From Alphaproteobacteria bacterium (GTDB taxonomy: Bacteria; Pseudomonadota; Alphaproteobacteria; Rs-D84; SZUA-605), in assembly GCA_031549385.1 (NCBI GenBank), contig JAVBPW010000001.1:32001-96000 (forward strand): 64,000 nucleotides of DNA, read 5' to 3'. Below are positions 45,888-56,424 of this stretch, piece after piece (position 1 is the first letter of the stretch; the number at the start of each line of letters is the position of its first letter). The notes beneath the pieces were generated by a model that was not told the DNA's origin, made no database searches, and saw nothing but the letters and a program-made list of their open reading frames with translations. Made by a program: the position numbers and the translations under genes.

Positions 45888-47966
45888 TTACGCGTTTTGT
45901 TTGTTTTTTATTTCTTCTGCAACTGACGCTGGAACTTCTGCATAATGTGCAAATTCCATAGTATAAGTTGCACGTCCTTGTGACATAGATCTTAAGTTAT
46001 TTACATAACCAAACATGTTTGCAAGTGGAACATGCGCATTAATAACATTTACATTACCTCTTGCTTCCATACCTGACACTTGTCCACGACGTGAATTTAA
46101 GTCACCAATAATATCACCCATGTATTCTTCTGGAGTCTCTACTTCTACTTTCATCATTGGTTCCAATAATTTTGGTCCACATAATGCCATACCTTCACGG
46201 AAAGCTGCACGAGCTGCAATTTCAAAACACATTACATTAGAGTCAACTTCATGATATGCCCCATCAATTAATGTTGCTTTGAAGTCTATACATTGATAAC
46301 CCCAAATAACACCATTTTGTAATGCTTGTGTTAATCCTTTTTCTACACCAGGGATATATTCTTTTGGAACTGATCCACCAACAATCTTACTTTCGAAAAC
46401 GAATCCTTCACCAGCTTTTAATGGTTCAAATACAATCTTTACACGAGCGTATTGTCCAGCACCACCTGATTGTTTTTTATGTGTGTAATCTTCTTCATAA
46501 GATTTAGAAATTGTTTCACGATACGCCACTTGAGGAGCACCAATATTTGCTTCTACTTTAAATTCTCTTTTTAAACGATCTACTAAGATATCAAGATGTA
46601 ATTCACCCATACCTTTTAAAATAGTTTGTCCTGTTTCTGCGTTTGATGAAACTCTGAATGTTGGATCTTCCATTGCAAGTCTTTGTAATGCAAGTCCCAT
46701 TTTTTCAACGTCTGCTTTTGTTTTTGGTTCAATAGCAATTTCAATAACTGGTTCTGGGAAGTCCATTGATTCTAATATAATTGGTTTTTCTGCAAGACAT
46801 AATGTATCACCTGTACCTGTATCTTTTAATCCTACCAATGCAATAATATCACCAGCATATGCTTCTTTTAGTTCTTCACGGCTGTTTGAATGCATTAATA
46901 ACATTCTGCCAATTCTTTCTTTATTATCTTTTGTTGAATTTAAAACGTATGAACCAGCTTCTAATTTACCTGAATAAATTCTTGCATATGTAATTGATCC
47001 TACAAATGGATCGTTTGCAATTTTAAATGCTAATGCTGCAAATGGTTCATCATCATTTGTTTTACGTTGTTCTTCTTTTTCTGTTTTTGGATTTATTCCT
47101 GTTGCATGATCAATATCAACTGGAGATGGCATGTAATCAACAACTGCGTCTAATAATTTTTGAACACCTTTGTTTTTAAATGCTGTTCCACATACTACTG
47201 GTACAAATTTTTGTGCTAATGTTCCAATTCTGATACATTTTTTTAATGTTTCTTCTGATGGTTCTTTTCCATTTAAATAATCTTCCATAGCTACATCATC
47301 CATTTCAACAGCCATTTCAATCATTTTTTGACGCCATTCTTCTGCTTTTGCTTTTAAATCTTCTGGAACATTTGTAACATCAAATTTAGCTCCATTATCT
47401 TCACCTGTCCAAACGTATGCTTTGTTTTCAACTAAATCTACAAGACCTTTATATGTATCTTCAGCTCCTATTGGAATTTGAATAACTAATGGGTTTGCAC
47501 CTAAACGATCGCGAATCATATCTATACAACGATAGAAGTTAGCACCAATACGATCCATTTTATTAATGAAACACATTCTTGGTACGTTATATTTGTTTGC
47601 TTGTCTCCAAACAGTTTCTGACTGAGGTTGTACACCTGATACTGATTCAAATACAGCCACAGCACCGTCAAGTACACGCAATGATCTTTCCACTTCTACT
47701 GTAAAGTCCACGTGCCCCGGAGTATCAATTAAATTAATTCTGTGACCTTTCCAATAACAAGTTGTTGCAGCTGAAGTAATTGTGATACCTCTTTCTTGTT
47801 CTTGTTCCATCCAGTCCATAGTTGCAGCACCTTCATGTACTTCACCAATCTTGTGTGATTTTCCTGTGTAGTACAAAATTCTTTCTGAAGTTGTTGTTTT
47901 ACCGGCATCAATGTGAGCCATGATTCCTATGTTTCTATATTTTTCTACTGGATGTGATCTAGGCAT
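45888..47966 (-). CDS. fusA: Elongation factor G
   Basis: [26 protein letters not shown]. Confidence 0.98.
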   Translation of the reverse strand: MPRSHPVEKYRNIGIMAHIDAGKTTTSERILYYTGKSHKIGEVHEGAATMDWMEQEQERGITITSAATTCYWKGHRINLIDTPGHVDFTVEVERSLRVLDGAVAVFESVSGVQPQSETVWRQANKYNVPRMCFINKMDRIGANFYRCIDMIRDRLGANPLVIQIPIGAEDTYKGLVDLVENKAYVWTGEDNGAKFDVTNVPEDLKAKAEEWRQKMIEMAVEMDDVAMEDYLNGKEPSEETLKKCIRIGTLAQKFVPVVCGTAFKNKGVQKLLDAVVDYMPSPVDIDHATGINPKTEKEEQRKTNDDEPFAALAFKIANDPFVGSITYARIYSGKLEAGSYVLNSTKDNKERIGRMLLMHSNSREELKEAYAGDIIALVGLKDTGTGDTLCLAEKPIILESMDFPEPVIEIAIEPKTKADVEKMGLALQRLAMEDPTFRVSSNAETGQTILKGMGELHLDILVDRLKREFKVEANIGAPQVAYRETISKSYEEDYTHKKQSGGAGQYARVKIVFEPLKAGEGFVFESKIVGGSVPKEYIPGVEKGLTQALQNGVIWGYQCIDFKATLIDGAYHEVDSNVMCFEIAARAAFREGMALCGPKLLEPMMKVEVETPEEYMGDIIGDLNSRRGQVSGMEARGNVNVINAHVPLANMFGYVNNLRSMSQGRATYTMEFAHYAEVPASVAEEIKNKQNA

Positions 47967-48004
47967 AATTTATTTTCCTCTTATTCCTTATATTTAATTT
48001 ACGA

Positions 48005-48475
48005 TTACCATTTGAAGTGAGCGAAAGCTTTGTTTGCTTCTGCCATCTTATGAACGTCCATTCTCTTTTTCAAAGAATTACCATTGTCATTTAAAATATC
48101 ATTCAATTCTTTATATAATTTTTCTGCAAATGTTCTTTCGTTTCTTTTTCTTGCATATTGAATTATCCAACGAATAGATAAAGCTTCTTGTCTTTGAGGT
48201 CTTACATCTGTTGGAACTTGATATGTAGCACCACCAACACGACGTGATCTTACTTCGATTGTTGGTTTTACTTTATCTACACATTCTATAAATAAATCAA
48301 TTGGATTTTTTTTGTTTTGTTGTCCTAATTTATCTAATGCTTCATAAACAATTTTTTCAAAAACTGTTTTCTTTCCGTCTTCCATTCCATAGTTGATAAA
48401 TTTTGTTAAAACAACTGATCCGAATTTTGGATCTGGTAATATTTCTCTTTTTTCAGCTTGTTTTCTTCTTGACAT
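48005..48475 (-). CDS. rpsG: 30S ribosomal protein S7
   Basis: [23 protein letters not shown]. Confidence 0.97.
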   Translation of the reverse strand: MSRRKQAEKREILPDPKFGSVVLTKFINYGMEDGKKTVFEKIVYEALDKLGQQNKKNPIDLFIECVDKVKPTIEVRSRRVGGATYQVPTDVRPQRQEALSIRWIIQYARKRNERTFAEKLYKELNDILNDNGNSLKKRMDVHKMAEANKAFAHFKW

Positions 48476-48484
48476 ATCTTATAC

Positions 48485-48856
48485 CTATTTACCTTTCTTT
48501 GCACCGTAAAGTGATCTTCTTTGTTTTCTTTCTTTTACGCCATGAGTATCAAGTACACCACGTAAGATATGATAACGAACTCCAGGTAAGTCTCGTACTT
48601 TTCCGCCTCTGATCATTACAACAGAGTGTTCTTGTAAATTATGACCTTCACCAGGAATATAACAAGTTACTTCTTCGCCGTTTGTTAAACGTACACGAGC
48701 TACTTTTCTTAACGCTGAGTTAGGTTTCTTTGGTGTTGTTGTATATACACGTGTGCAAACTCCTCTTTTTTGAGGATTGCCTTTCATAGCTGGAGCCTTA
48801 GATTTCTCCACAATCTTCTTTCTAGATTTTCTTACTAATTGGTTAATAGTTACCAT
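48485..48856 (-). CDS. rpsL: 30S ribosomal protein S12
   Basis: [17 protein letters not shown]. Confidence 0.98.
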   Translation of the reverse strand: MVTINQLVRKSRKKIVEKSKAPAMKGNPQKRGVCTRVYTTTPKKPNSALRKVARVRLTNGEEVTCYIPGEGHNLQEHSVVMIRGGKVRDLPGVRYHILRGVLDTHGVKERKQRRSLYGAKKGK

Positions 48857-48935
48857 TTCTTTCTGTTTCCTTTTTCATATTTTTTAATTTTAGCTAAAAA
48901 TTAATTGGCCAGCACGTACCAACAATAGTTGACCT

Positions 48936-48965
48936 ATAATAAACCTTCAAATCCGCTTTTGTCAA
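48936..48965 (-). promoter_or_regulatory. str operon promoter
   Basis: TTGACA-18-TATTAT. Confidence 0.6.
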
Positions 48966-49034
48966 GCGAAAAAACTCGGTTTGTGTGAATTTTGATTTGA
49001 TTTTTAAACACGGTATCTTTACAATGGTTTTTAT

Positions 49035-49730
49035 ATGAAATTTGACGTAATTTTCTTTGATAAAGTTAAATCTACTCAGATAACTGCTAAAAAGCTGTCT
49101 GAAACTCGCAGATTTGTCTGTATTATAGCAGATGAACAGACCAATGGATATGGACAAAGAGGTAATAAATGGGAAGGAAATACTAAAAATTTAGCATATT
49201 CTTTAATTTTACCTATGAGTTTGTTTGAGAATCTGTATCACGTTAACATTTTAACATGTATGGCATGGCTTAAAGTTTTACGAAGATTAAAGGTTAATTT
49301 GGAATTTAAATGGAGTAACGACTTATATTTGCGAGGAAAAAAAGTAGGTGGAATGCTTAATGAAATAGAAGGTGATTCTATTATTAACGGAGTTGGAATA
49401 AATGTTTTTGTAGCTCCAGATATTGAAGGAACTTATAAAGCTATTGCTCTTAGAGATGTTAACAAAAGAATTCCTGATAAGAAAAAATTATTAGAACTTT
49501 TTTTACGAAAATTTGAAAAATTAATAGAAGAATACAAAAAAGATGGAATCGATAAACTACTTTTAAGATTTAGGGAACATTTACTTTATATTGGTGAAAA
49601 AGTTCAAATAGAATTTAATGGTAAAATATATAAAGGAAAGTTTTTAGGAGTTAATGATGACGGAAGCTGTACTTTAAGGTCTGGAATTATAAAACGTAAA
49701 TTTTTTAGCGGAACTTTGCGACCATTATAA
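49035..49730 (+). CDS. birA: Biotin--protein ligase (no HTH domain)
   Basis: ST, Q.NGYGQRGNKW, KWSND, KKVGGML.E, GVGIN. Confidence 0.85.
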   Translation: MKFDVIFFDKVKSTQITAKKLSETRRFVCIIADEQTNGYGQRGNKWEGNTKNLAYSLILPMSLFENLYHVNILTCMAWLKVLRRLKVNLEFKWSNDLYLRGKKVGGMLNEIEGDSIINGVGINVFVAPDIEGTYKAIALRDVNKRIPDKKKLLELFLRKFEKLIEEYKKDGIDKLLLRFREHLLYIGEKVQIEFNGKIYKGKFLGVNDDGSCTLRSGIIKRKFFSGTLRPL

Positions 49731-49735
49731 TAAAA

Positions 49736-49778
49736 TTGTGAAAACTATGAAAAGATGACTTTTCACAGTGTTTCACAA
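49736..49778. terminator. Long imperfect hairpin between convergent genes
   Basis: TTGTGAAA...TGAAAAG/CTTTTCA...TTTCACAA. Confidence 0.55.
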
Positions 49779-49813
49779 TAAATAATAATAAAAAATTATT
49801 TTTTAATTTAGGA

Positions 49814-49996
49814 TTACCTTTTACGGTGGCGCCATTTGTCTTCTTCCCAGAGAATACCCTTGTTATGAATTACTATTTCAGTTTGCTCATTAATCGGAAT
49901 TAATGTTATAAATAGTAAAGCATCGTCTAAATCTTCCCTTGTCAGACTGCATGCAAAATCTTTTGTGATTTTGGTATTTAAATACACTTCTTTCAT
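49814..49996 (-). CDS. Orphan 60 aa protein directly after valS
   Basis: Leader AAACTTAAAAATTAAATTTATG begins in the valS stop codon. Confidence 0.55.
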   Translation of the reverse strand: MKEVYLNTKITKDFACSLTREDLDDALLFITLIPINEQTEIVIHNKGILWEEDKWRHRKR

Positions 49997-50013
49997 AAAT
50001 TTAATTTTTAAGT

Positions 50014-52431
50014 TTAAACTTCTTTTGCAACGATATCTATTTTAAGATTTTGGTTTTCAACAGGTTCTGACGCAGATCCAAATATTACTTCATCTGTTCT
50101 TGCTCCTGATATTATTACACCATGTAAATCTTTATCTAAATCACCTTCAATTGTTACTGATGATAATTTTGCTGTTGCACCTAATTTTTTATCTGTTCTT
50201 AACTTTCTTACAGTTTTTAATATATCTAATGCAACTTGCATTTTTGATATATCCGTTTCTCTTTCTTGTTTGAACTCTGGGTAATTTGTTAAGTGAAGAG
50301 TTTGCTGTTTTTCCAAATCTTTATAAATCTTTGAATACAACTCTTCTGTTATAAATGGAATAAATATTGAGTATAGACCTATTATTTCACGCAACAATTC
50401 AAACAATGTTATTTGAGCTGAAAGCTTAGCATTTTCACCATATTTAGCCTCATTCCAGAATCGGTCTTTGATGTATTCCAAATATTGGTCACAGAATATA
50501 TCATAGAAGAAATGATCTATATCTTCTCTTGCATTAAATGTGTCATATTTATCCATGTTCTTACGAACTGACACAATTGTTTTATTTAATTCTGATAGAA
50601 CCCAGCGGTCTTCTAAGAATCGGTCTTTGATTTCTATATTTTTATGATTTTTTTGATCAAAATCTTCTAAATTCATAAGAACAAATTTTGATGCATTCCA
50701 AAGTTTATTTGTTAACTTTGTTCCTCTTTTTACTTCTTCTTCATTGTATCTTAAATCTGTTCCAATTGGAGCGCACGATACCCAATAACGAAGAGCATCT
50801 ACTCCAAATTTTTTTATAACATCAAGAGGATCAACACCGTTCCCTTTTGATTTAGAAAATTTTTGCCCTTTATTATCACGAACAAGCCCATGTAAATAAA
50901 GTGTTTTAAACGGAATTTCATTCATTGCATATAAAGACATCATTATCATACGAGCACCCCAAAAAAATATAATATCTGGTCCCATAGACATATAGTCAGT
51001 TGGATAGTACTTTTTTAATTCTGGTGTTTGCTCTGGCCAACCAAGAGTTGAAAAACACCACAAACCTGAAGAAAACCAGGTATCTAATGTATCATTATCC
51101 TGTACTATTTTTTTATTTTTAGCAAGCTTAGTAGCCTCTTTTTCATTTATTGCACAATATTGATTTCCATCCTCATCATACCAAACAGGAATTTGATGCC
51201 CCCACCATAATTGACGTGATATAGTCCATGGGCGAATCTCTTTCATCCACGACATATATAAATTGTAACGATGTTCAGGTATGAATTTTATTTTACCTTG
51301 TTCTACTACTTCTATTGCTTTTTTAGCTAATAATTTTGCATTAACATACCATTGGGTTGTTAAATAAGGTTCAATTACACACCCTCCTCTTTCTGAATAT
51401 GGAATTGGAATTGTTTTATCTTCTACTTTTACTAATTGACCTAATTCTTCTAAATCAATAATAACTTGTTTACGAGCATCAAACCTGTCCATACCTTGAT
51501 ATTTTTCAGGCACATTTTCATTTAATTTAGCATCTTTTGTTAAGATATTTAACAATTCTAATTTATGTTTTTTTCCAACTTCATAATCATCAAAATCATG
51601 AGCAGGAGTAATCTTTACAGCACCTGTTCCTTTTTCTGGATCAGCATGTTCGTCTGCTATGATTGGGATATAAATTTCTGTTAGCGGTATTTTTGCTGTT
51701 TTTCCAATTAAGTGTTTTAGTTTTGCATTTTCTGGATGAATAGCTATTGCTTGGTCACCAAATAATGTTTCTGGACGGGTAGTTGCCACTTCAACAAATC
51801 CACCATCTTTTATTTCATAGTTAATATAATAAAACTTACCCTTTTCTTCTTGAGTTATAACTTCAAGATCTGAAACAGCTGTTTTTTGTTTTGGACACCA
51901 ATTTACAAGACAAGTATCTTTATAAATTAAACCATCATTGTACATACGAACAAAAATTTCATTTACTGACTTTGATAACCCTTCATCCATTGTAAATCTT
52001 TCTCTAGACCAATTAGGAGTTATTCCGAAAACATGTAATTGATTTATTATCTTACCTCCATACTCTTCTTTCCATTTCCAAGCATAGTTTAATAACTCTT
52101 CTTTTGATAAGTTTGAAGGATTTATATCATTTTTAGATAAATCTTTTTCTACTAAAATCTGAGTTAATATAGCTGCATGATCAGTTCCTGGTTGCCATAA
52201 TACGTCATAATTTGACATTCGCTTATAACGAGCAACTATATCTGTTGATATATTATCAAGCGCATGTCCTAGATGTAAAATACCAGATACATTTGGAGGT
52301 GGCATCATTATTGAAAAAGAAACTTTAGATGAATTAACATCATTTTCCCAAAATTTATTACTATCCCAAAAATTTTGCCATTTTGTTTCTAATTCATGTT
52401 TTTCTATATTTTTACTAAGTTCAATTTTCAT
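50014..52431 (-). CDS. valS: Valine--tRNA ligase (lacks the C-terminal coiled coil)
   Basis: PPPNVSG.LHLGH, ATTRPET, ISRQLWWGH, KFSKS. Confidence 0.96.
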   Translation of the reverse strand: MKIELSKNIEKHELETKWQNFWDSNKFWENDVNSSKVSFSIMMPPPNVSGILHLGHALDNISTDIVARYKRMSNYDVLWQPGTDHAAILTQILVEKDLSKNDINPSNLSKEELLNYAWKWKEEYGGKIINQLHVFGITPNWSRERFTMDEGLSKSVNEIFVRMYNDGLIYKDTCLVNWCPKQKTAVSDLEVITQEEKGKFYYINYEIKDGGFVEVATTRPETLFGDQAIAIHPENAKLKHLIGKTAKIPLTEIYIPIIADEHADPEKGTGAVKITPAHDFDDYEVGKKHKLELLNILTKDAKLNENVPEKYQGMDRFDARKQVIIDLEELGQLVKVEDKTIPIPYSERGGCVIEPYLTTQWYVNAKLLAKKAIEVVEQGKIKFIPEHRYNLYMSWMKEIRPWTISRQLWWGHQIPVWYDEDGNQYCAINEKEATKLAKNKKIVQDNDTLDTWFSSGLWCFSTLGWPEQTPELKKYYPTDYMSMGPDIIFFWGARMIMMSLYAMNEIPFKTLYLHGLVRDNKGQKFSKSKGNGVDPLDVIKKFGVDALRYWVSCAPIGTDLRYNEEEVKRGTKLTNKLWNASKFVLMNLEDFDQKNHKNIEIKDRFLEDRWVLSELNKTIVSVRKNMDKYDTFNAREDIDHFFYDIFCDQYLEYIKDRFWNEAKYGENAKLSAQITLFELLREIIGLYSIFIPFITEELYSKIYKDLEKQQTLHLTNYPEFKQERETDISKMQVALDILKTVRKLRTDKKLGATAKLSSVTIEGDLDKDLHGVIISGARTDEVIFGSASEPVENQNLKIDIVAKEV

Positions 52432-52552
52432 TTTACTACCTTTTTGTTTAATTCTGTCATCTTAAAATCAAAACCTTAAAATTGCAAGTTTTTTATTGGA
52501 CTTTTGCCTTATTCCCCTTTATTATAGGATTTATTAAAAAGAGGATGAAAAT

Positions 52553-53935
52553 ATGGATAAACTTTTAAAATCTGTTGCATATAATGCTTTAAAGAAACAT
52601 CAAATATACTTAGAAGATGAAACCGTTGCTTCTTTGACTAAAGATAATCCTAATAGATGGCAGGACTTTAGTTTAAATAAAGATTATTTGCTTGCTGATT
52701 TTTCTCATAACGTTTTTGATGCTAAAGCAACTGACCTTATGGTTAAGCTTTTCATAGCTCAAGGAATGGATAAAAAGTTAGGTGACTATTTTGAATTAGA
52801 TAATGATTTCTCATATCACTTTATATATCGTTCTCAACGTGAAGATAAATATAAATACAATAATAAACTTGTTTATGCTGAGGTAGAAAAATTTCATCAA
52901 GCTATTTCAAAAGTAGAAGAAAAAATAGAAAACAAAGAAATTGAAGCTATATTCTTTACTGATTTTGTTATTATTGCATCTGATTATAATAAAAAGATGA
53001 TTTCTTGCGTTTGCGAATCACTTAAAAGTTACAAAAAAATTGGAAGAAATATTCATTTTGCTTCTACTGTAGCTGAACTTGAAAAAATTTTACAAAAAGT
53101 ATATGTGCAAAATACTTTCTTTGTTTTTGCTGATGTTGATTTTAAAAATATCAATTTCTTTGACATGTATGACTTGTTGAAAAAACAACAATTTCATCTT
53201 TCTAAACAATCCGCATTTGTATGCCAAAATATAAAATTTGCTCAAAACTTTGATGAAAAGAATGAAAATATTGTAAGTTACAGCTCTGCATGTAATGAAG
53301 TATTTAATTATTTTCCATTAATGATCTTACCTTTGCAGTTATATATTGGTAAGGACAATTTAAAAGATTTTTTAAATGGAATGCGAATCGCCGACAATGA
53401 TGTTAAAACAGATTATTGTAAAAGTGCTTCTGTGAATTTATCATATCTTTATATTTGGTATTTATTGTTATGCAATGCTGAACTTTTCAATATTATTTGT
53501 AACCGAAAAATTAAACTGACCAGATATATAAATACTTTGGCTAGTGAGTTATTTTATATTAAGAATAATAAAAGTTTGAACATTTTATTTAAACAATACT
53601 CTCATGAAGATAAAAGATATTTGATTAATTTGATTGGTAAATATAATCCTAATGCATCTGATTTAATTTACTTTAATGATAAAGATGATGAAAAGTTTTT
53701 ATCTGATTTGTCTTTAATAGAAGGAACTGATTGCCCTGTTAATGTTATTGCTTTTAAGAAAAATAATATAGAAAGTTTAGGAACTTTATTTGGAATTTAT
53801 GAATACCTTGTTTTAATTTTAAAGTTTCTTTTAGATGGAAATTTAAAATGTAGCGAATTTAATTTTGAAAATTCTATTAATTTGAAAAATAAAAATGTTT
53901 CTAACTTTGCGGAATTTTTAAAGGATAATAAATGA
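52553..53935 (+). CDS. Highly degenerate glucose-6-phosphate isomerase-like protein
   Basis: N-terminal P.RW..FS...LLADFS.N and C-terminal LG.L...YE resemble PGI; catalytic motifs not visible. Confidence 0.55.
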   Translation: MDKLLKSVAYNALKKHQIYLEDETVASLTKDNPNRWQDFSLNKDYLLADFSHNVFDAKATDLMVKLFIAQGMDKKLGDYFELDNDFSYHFIYRSQREDKYKYNNKLVYAEVEKFHQAISKVEEKIENKEIEAIFFTDFVIIASDYNKKMISCVCESLKSYKKIGRNIHFASTVAELEKILQKVYVQNTFFVFADVDFKNINFFDMYDLLKKQQFHLSKQSAFVCQNIKFAQNFDEKNENIVSYSSACNEVFNYFPLMILPLQLYIGKDNLKDFLNGMRIADNDVKTDYCKSASVNLSYLYIWYLLLCNAELFNIICNRKIKLTRYINTLASELFYIKNNKSLNILFKQYSHEDKRYLINLIGKYNPNASDLIYFNDKDDEKFLSDLSLIEGTDCPVNVIAFKKNNIESLGTLFGIYEYLVLILKFLLDGNLKCSEFNFENSINLKNKNVSNFAEFLKDNK

Positions 53936-55659
53936 TTATAAAAAGGCTTCCAGAACATATTATTAATCAAATATGTGCCGGAGAAATTGCCGAGAAGCCT
54001 TCTTCTATTATAAAAGAGTTAATTGAAAATTCTATTGATGCTGGAGCTTCTGAAATTAAAATACTTTTGGAAGATGCTGGAAAATCTAAAATAGTTATTT
54101 GGGATAATGGATCTGGTATGAGCAAGGAAGATTTGCTTTTATCAGTGGAGCGTCATACTACTTCAAAACTTAAAACTGATGATTTGTTTAATATTACTTC
54201 CCTTGGATTTAGAGGTGAAGCTTTGGCTTCGATTGCATCTGTTGCTAAATTGAAAATTATTACAAGCAATGGAAATGAAGCTTGGGAGTTAAAATTAGAA
54301 GATGGAAAAGCTTTAACTTGTACTCCTGCTTCACGAGTTCAGGGAACTACTGTAGAAGTTTCTGATTTGTTTTATAAAATACCTGCTAGAGCTAAGTTTT
54401 TAAAATCCGATAAATCTGAGATGAGTGCTATTAATAACCTTATTGAAAAAATTGCTATTGCGAATCCAAATGTATATTTCAATGTAAATGATAAATTGAA
54501 GTTTAATAAAGGCTCTTATGATAATAGAATTTCTGAAATAATGGGAGATGAGTTTTTTAAAAATTCATTAAAAATTGATACACAAAGGGAAAATTATAAA
54601 CTTGATGGATTTATATCACTTCCATCTTATAACAAAGGGAATTCACTAAATATCTATATTTTTGTAAATGGAAGAATTATTAGAGATAAAAATTTAACCA
54701 CACTCATTAAAGTTGCATATCAAGATGTTATGGCTTATGACAGATATCCTGTTTGTGTTCTTAATTTACATGTAGATCCTCATGAAGTTGATATTAATGT
54801 TCATCCTTCTAAATTAGAAGTTCGTTTCTTACAAGAAGGTAAAATAAGGTCTTTTATTATGTCTGCTTTAAAGCAAGCTATTAATGATTACTGTTTGAGA
54901 GATTCATTCCAAAATGTAGAAAAAAACTTTGCTATTAATGAACAAATAGACCTTTCTAGCGAATCAGGAAAAGTAACTGAACATAGTATCTTTGATTTTA
55001 AATATGATAGAGGCGAATCAACTTCAAAACCACCTTATCCTAGTTATTCAAAACCTTTACAGGTTCATCAACATATTCCTCAAATTGAAGATGATTATCC
55101 TTTAGGTTTTGCTGTTACACAAATGTTTAAAACATATATTTTATCAAAAGCTGGAAATGATTTCTTTATTATAGATCAACATGCTGTACACGAAAGAATT
55201 GTTCTTGAAAAAATTAATAATAGAGAATTTAAAAGACAAATACTTCTTATACCTGATCAGTTTAAATTAGGCGATGAATATGTTGAAATTATAAATAATG
55301 TAAAAACAGAAATAGAAAGTTTAGGGGTTATTTTTAAAACTGAAAATGACGAAGTCATTATTATTGAAATTCCTGATTATTTATATAGACAAAACTTAAA
55401 AGAAATCTTTATTAAAATATGTGAAGAAATTGCAGAATTTGATTTTTCAAAGGCTTTGGAAAAGACTATTCATAAAATTAATTCAACTGTTGCTTGTCAT
55501 GGATCTATTCGAGCTGGACAAGAATTGTCTGTTGATGAAATGAACGCAATACTGCGACAACTTGAAATCACCCCTAGGGCTAGTGTGTGTAATCATGGTC
55601 GACCTACATTCTTTAAGGTTGACAAAAAATGGTTAGACAAATTGTTTGAAAGAATATAA
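53932..55659 (+). CDS. mutL: DNA mismatch repair endonuclease MutL
   Basis: KELIENSIDAG, GFRGEAL, DQHAVHERIVLE, CNHGRP. Confidence 0.96.
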   Translation: MIIKRLPEHIINQICAGEIAEKPSSIIKELIENSIDAGASEIKILLEDAGKSKIVIWDNGSGMSKEDLLLSVERHTTSKLKTDDLFNITSLGFRGEALASIASVAKLKIITSNGNEAWELKLEDGKALTCTPASRVQGTTVEVSDLFYKIPARAKFLKSDKSEMSAINNLIEKIAIANPNVYFNVNDKLKFNKGSYDNRISEIMGDEFFKNSLKIDTQRENYKLDGFISLPSYNKGNSLNIYIFVNGRIIRDKNLTTLIKVAYQDVMAYDRYPVCVLNLHVDPHEVDINVHPSKLEVRFLQEGKIRSFIMSALKQAINDYCLRDSFQNVEKNFAINEQIDLSSESGKVTEHSIFDFKYDRGESTSKPPYPSYSKPLQVHQHIPQIEDDYPLGFAVTQMFKTYILSKAGNDFFIIDQHAVHERIVLEKINNREFKRQILLIPDQFKLGDEYVEIINNVKTEIESLGVIFKTENDEVIIIEIPDYLYRQNLKEIFIKICEEIAEFDFSKALEKTIHKINSTVACHGSIRAGQELSVDEMNAILRQLEITPRASVCNHGRPTFFKVDKKWLDKLFERI

Positions 55660-55811
55660 TTTGACAAAAAAAATAATCTTAAATTTTTTAAATTTTTCTT
55701 TGTAAATTCTCTTGAATCTTAATTTTTGACTCCTAGATGTTTGATAGGGAAGAAGGCAAAAACTAACAAGGCTGCCTAAATGGGCGGGCTCCAAAACAAA
55801 GGAGACTAATT

Positions 55812-56285
55812 ATGCAGAGAGAACCTATTACAGTTACAGGTAAACAAATATTAGAACAAGAATTAAAATATTTAAAAGAAATTCAAAGACCAATCATTAT
55901 CAATGAACTTGCTAATAACATAGAACTTGGTAATTTGCCTGAAAATGGTGGTTATGAAGCTGCTAAAGAAGAGCAAGGATTAACTGAAGCTAGAATTGCC
56001 GAAATTGAAAGTGCTCTTGCATCATCTTATGTTATAAACCCTTCTGAATTTAAAGGCGATGGGAATATAAAATTTGGTGCAAGAGTTATGTTAGAAGATA
56101 ATGATGGAGTTTTAAAAATTTACACAATTGTTGGTATTCCAGAAATAGATGTTCGTAAAGGACGCATTCCTTTCAATTCACCCATTGCTCGTGAATTAAT
56201 TGGAAAAAAAGTTGGTGATCAAGTGATTGTTGTTACTCCAAGTGGCGAGAAAATTTTCGAAATTAAAAGAGTTGAATACACTTAG
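55812..56285 (+). CDS. GreA paralog with altered acidic tip (GNLPENGGY)
   Basis: Colinear with the downstream GreA; first catalytic Asp replaced by Asn. Confidence 0.85.
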   Translation: MQREPITVTGKQILEQELKYLKEIQRPIIINELANNIELGNLPENGGYEAAKEEQGLTEARIAEIESALASSYVINPSEFKGDGNIKFGARVMLEDNDGVLKIYTIVGIPEIDVRKGRIPFNSPIARELIGKKVGDQVIVVTPSGEKIFEIKRVEYT

Positions 56286-56317
56286 AATCAAGCACAAATT
56301 TCTTTGTGCTTGATTTT
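56286..56317 (+). terminator. Terminator between the greA copies
   Basis: AATCAAGCACAAA/TTTGTGCTTGATT 13 bp stem. Confidence 0.7.
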
Positions 56318-56424
56318 GATAAATATTTCATTATATATGAGTTATGAAAATAAATTAATTTAACATAATGAAAATTAACCATCCATTATTGGAATGGTGT
56401 TTTTTTTTAAATGAGGTAAAAATT

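Noticed and set aside
55745-55800. c-di-GMP-I riboswitch upstream of the greA paralog (GGCAAA)
   Set aside because: Lacks the GAAA-capped P2 and the tetraloop receptor; too short
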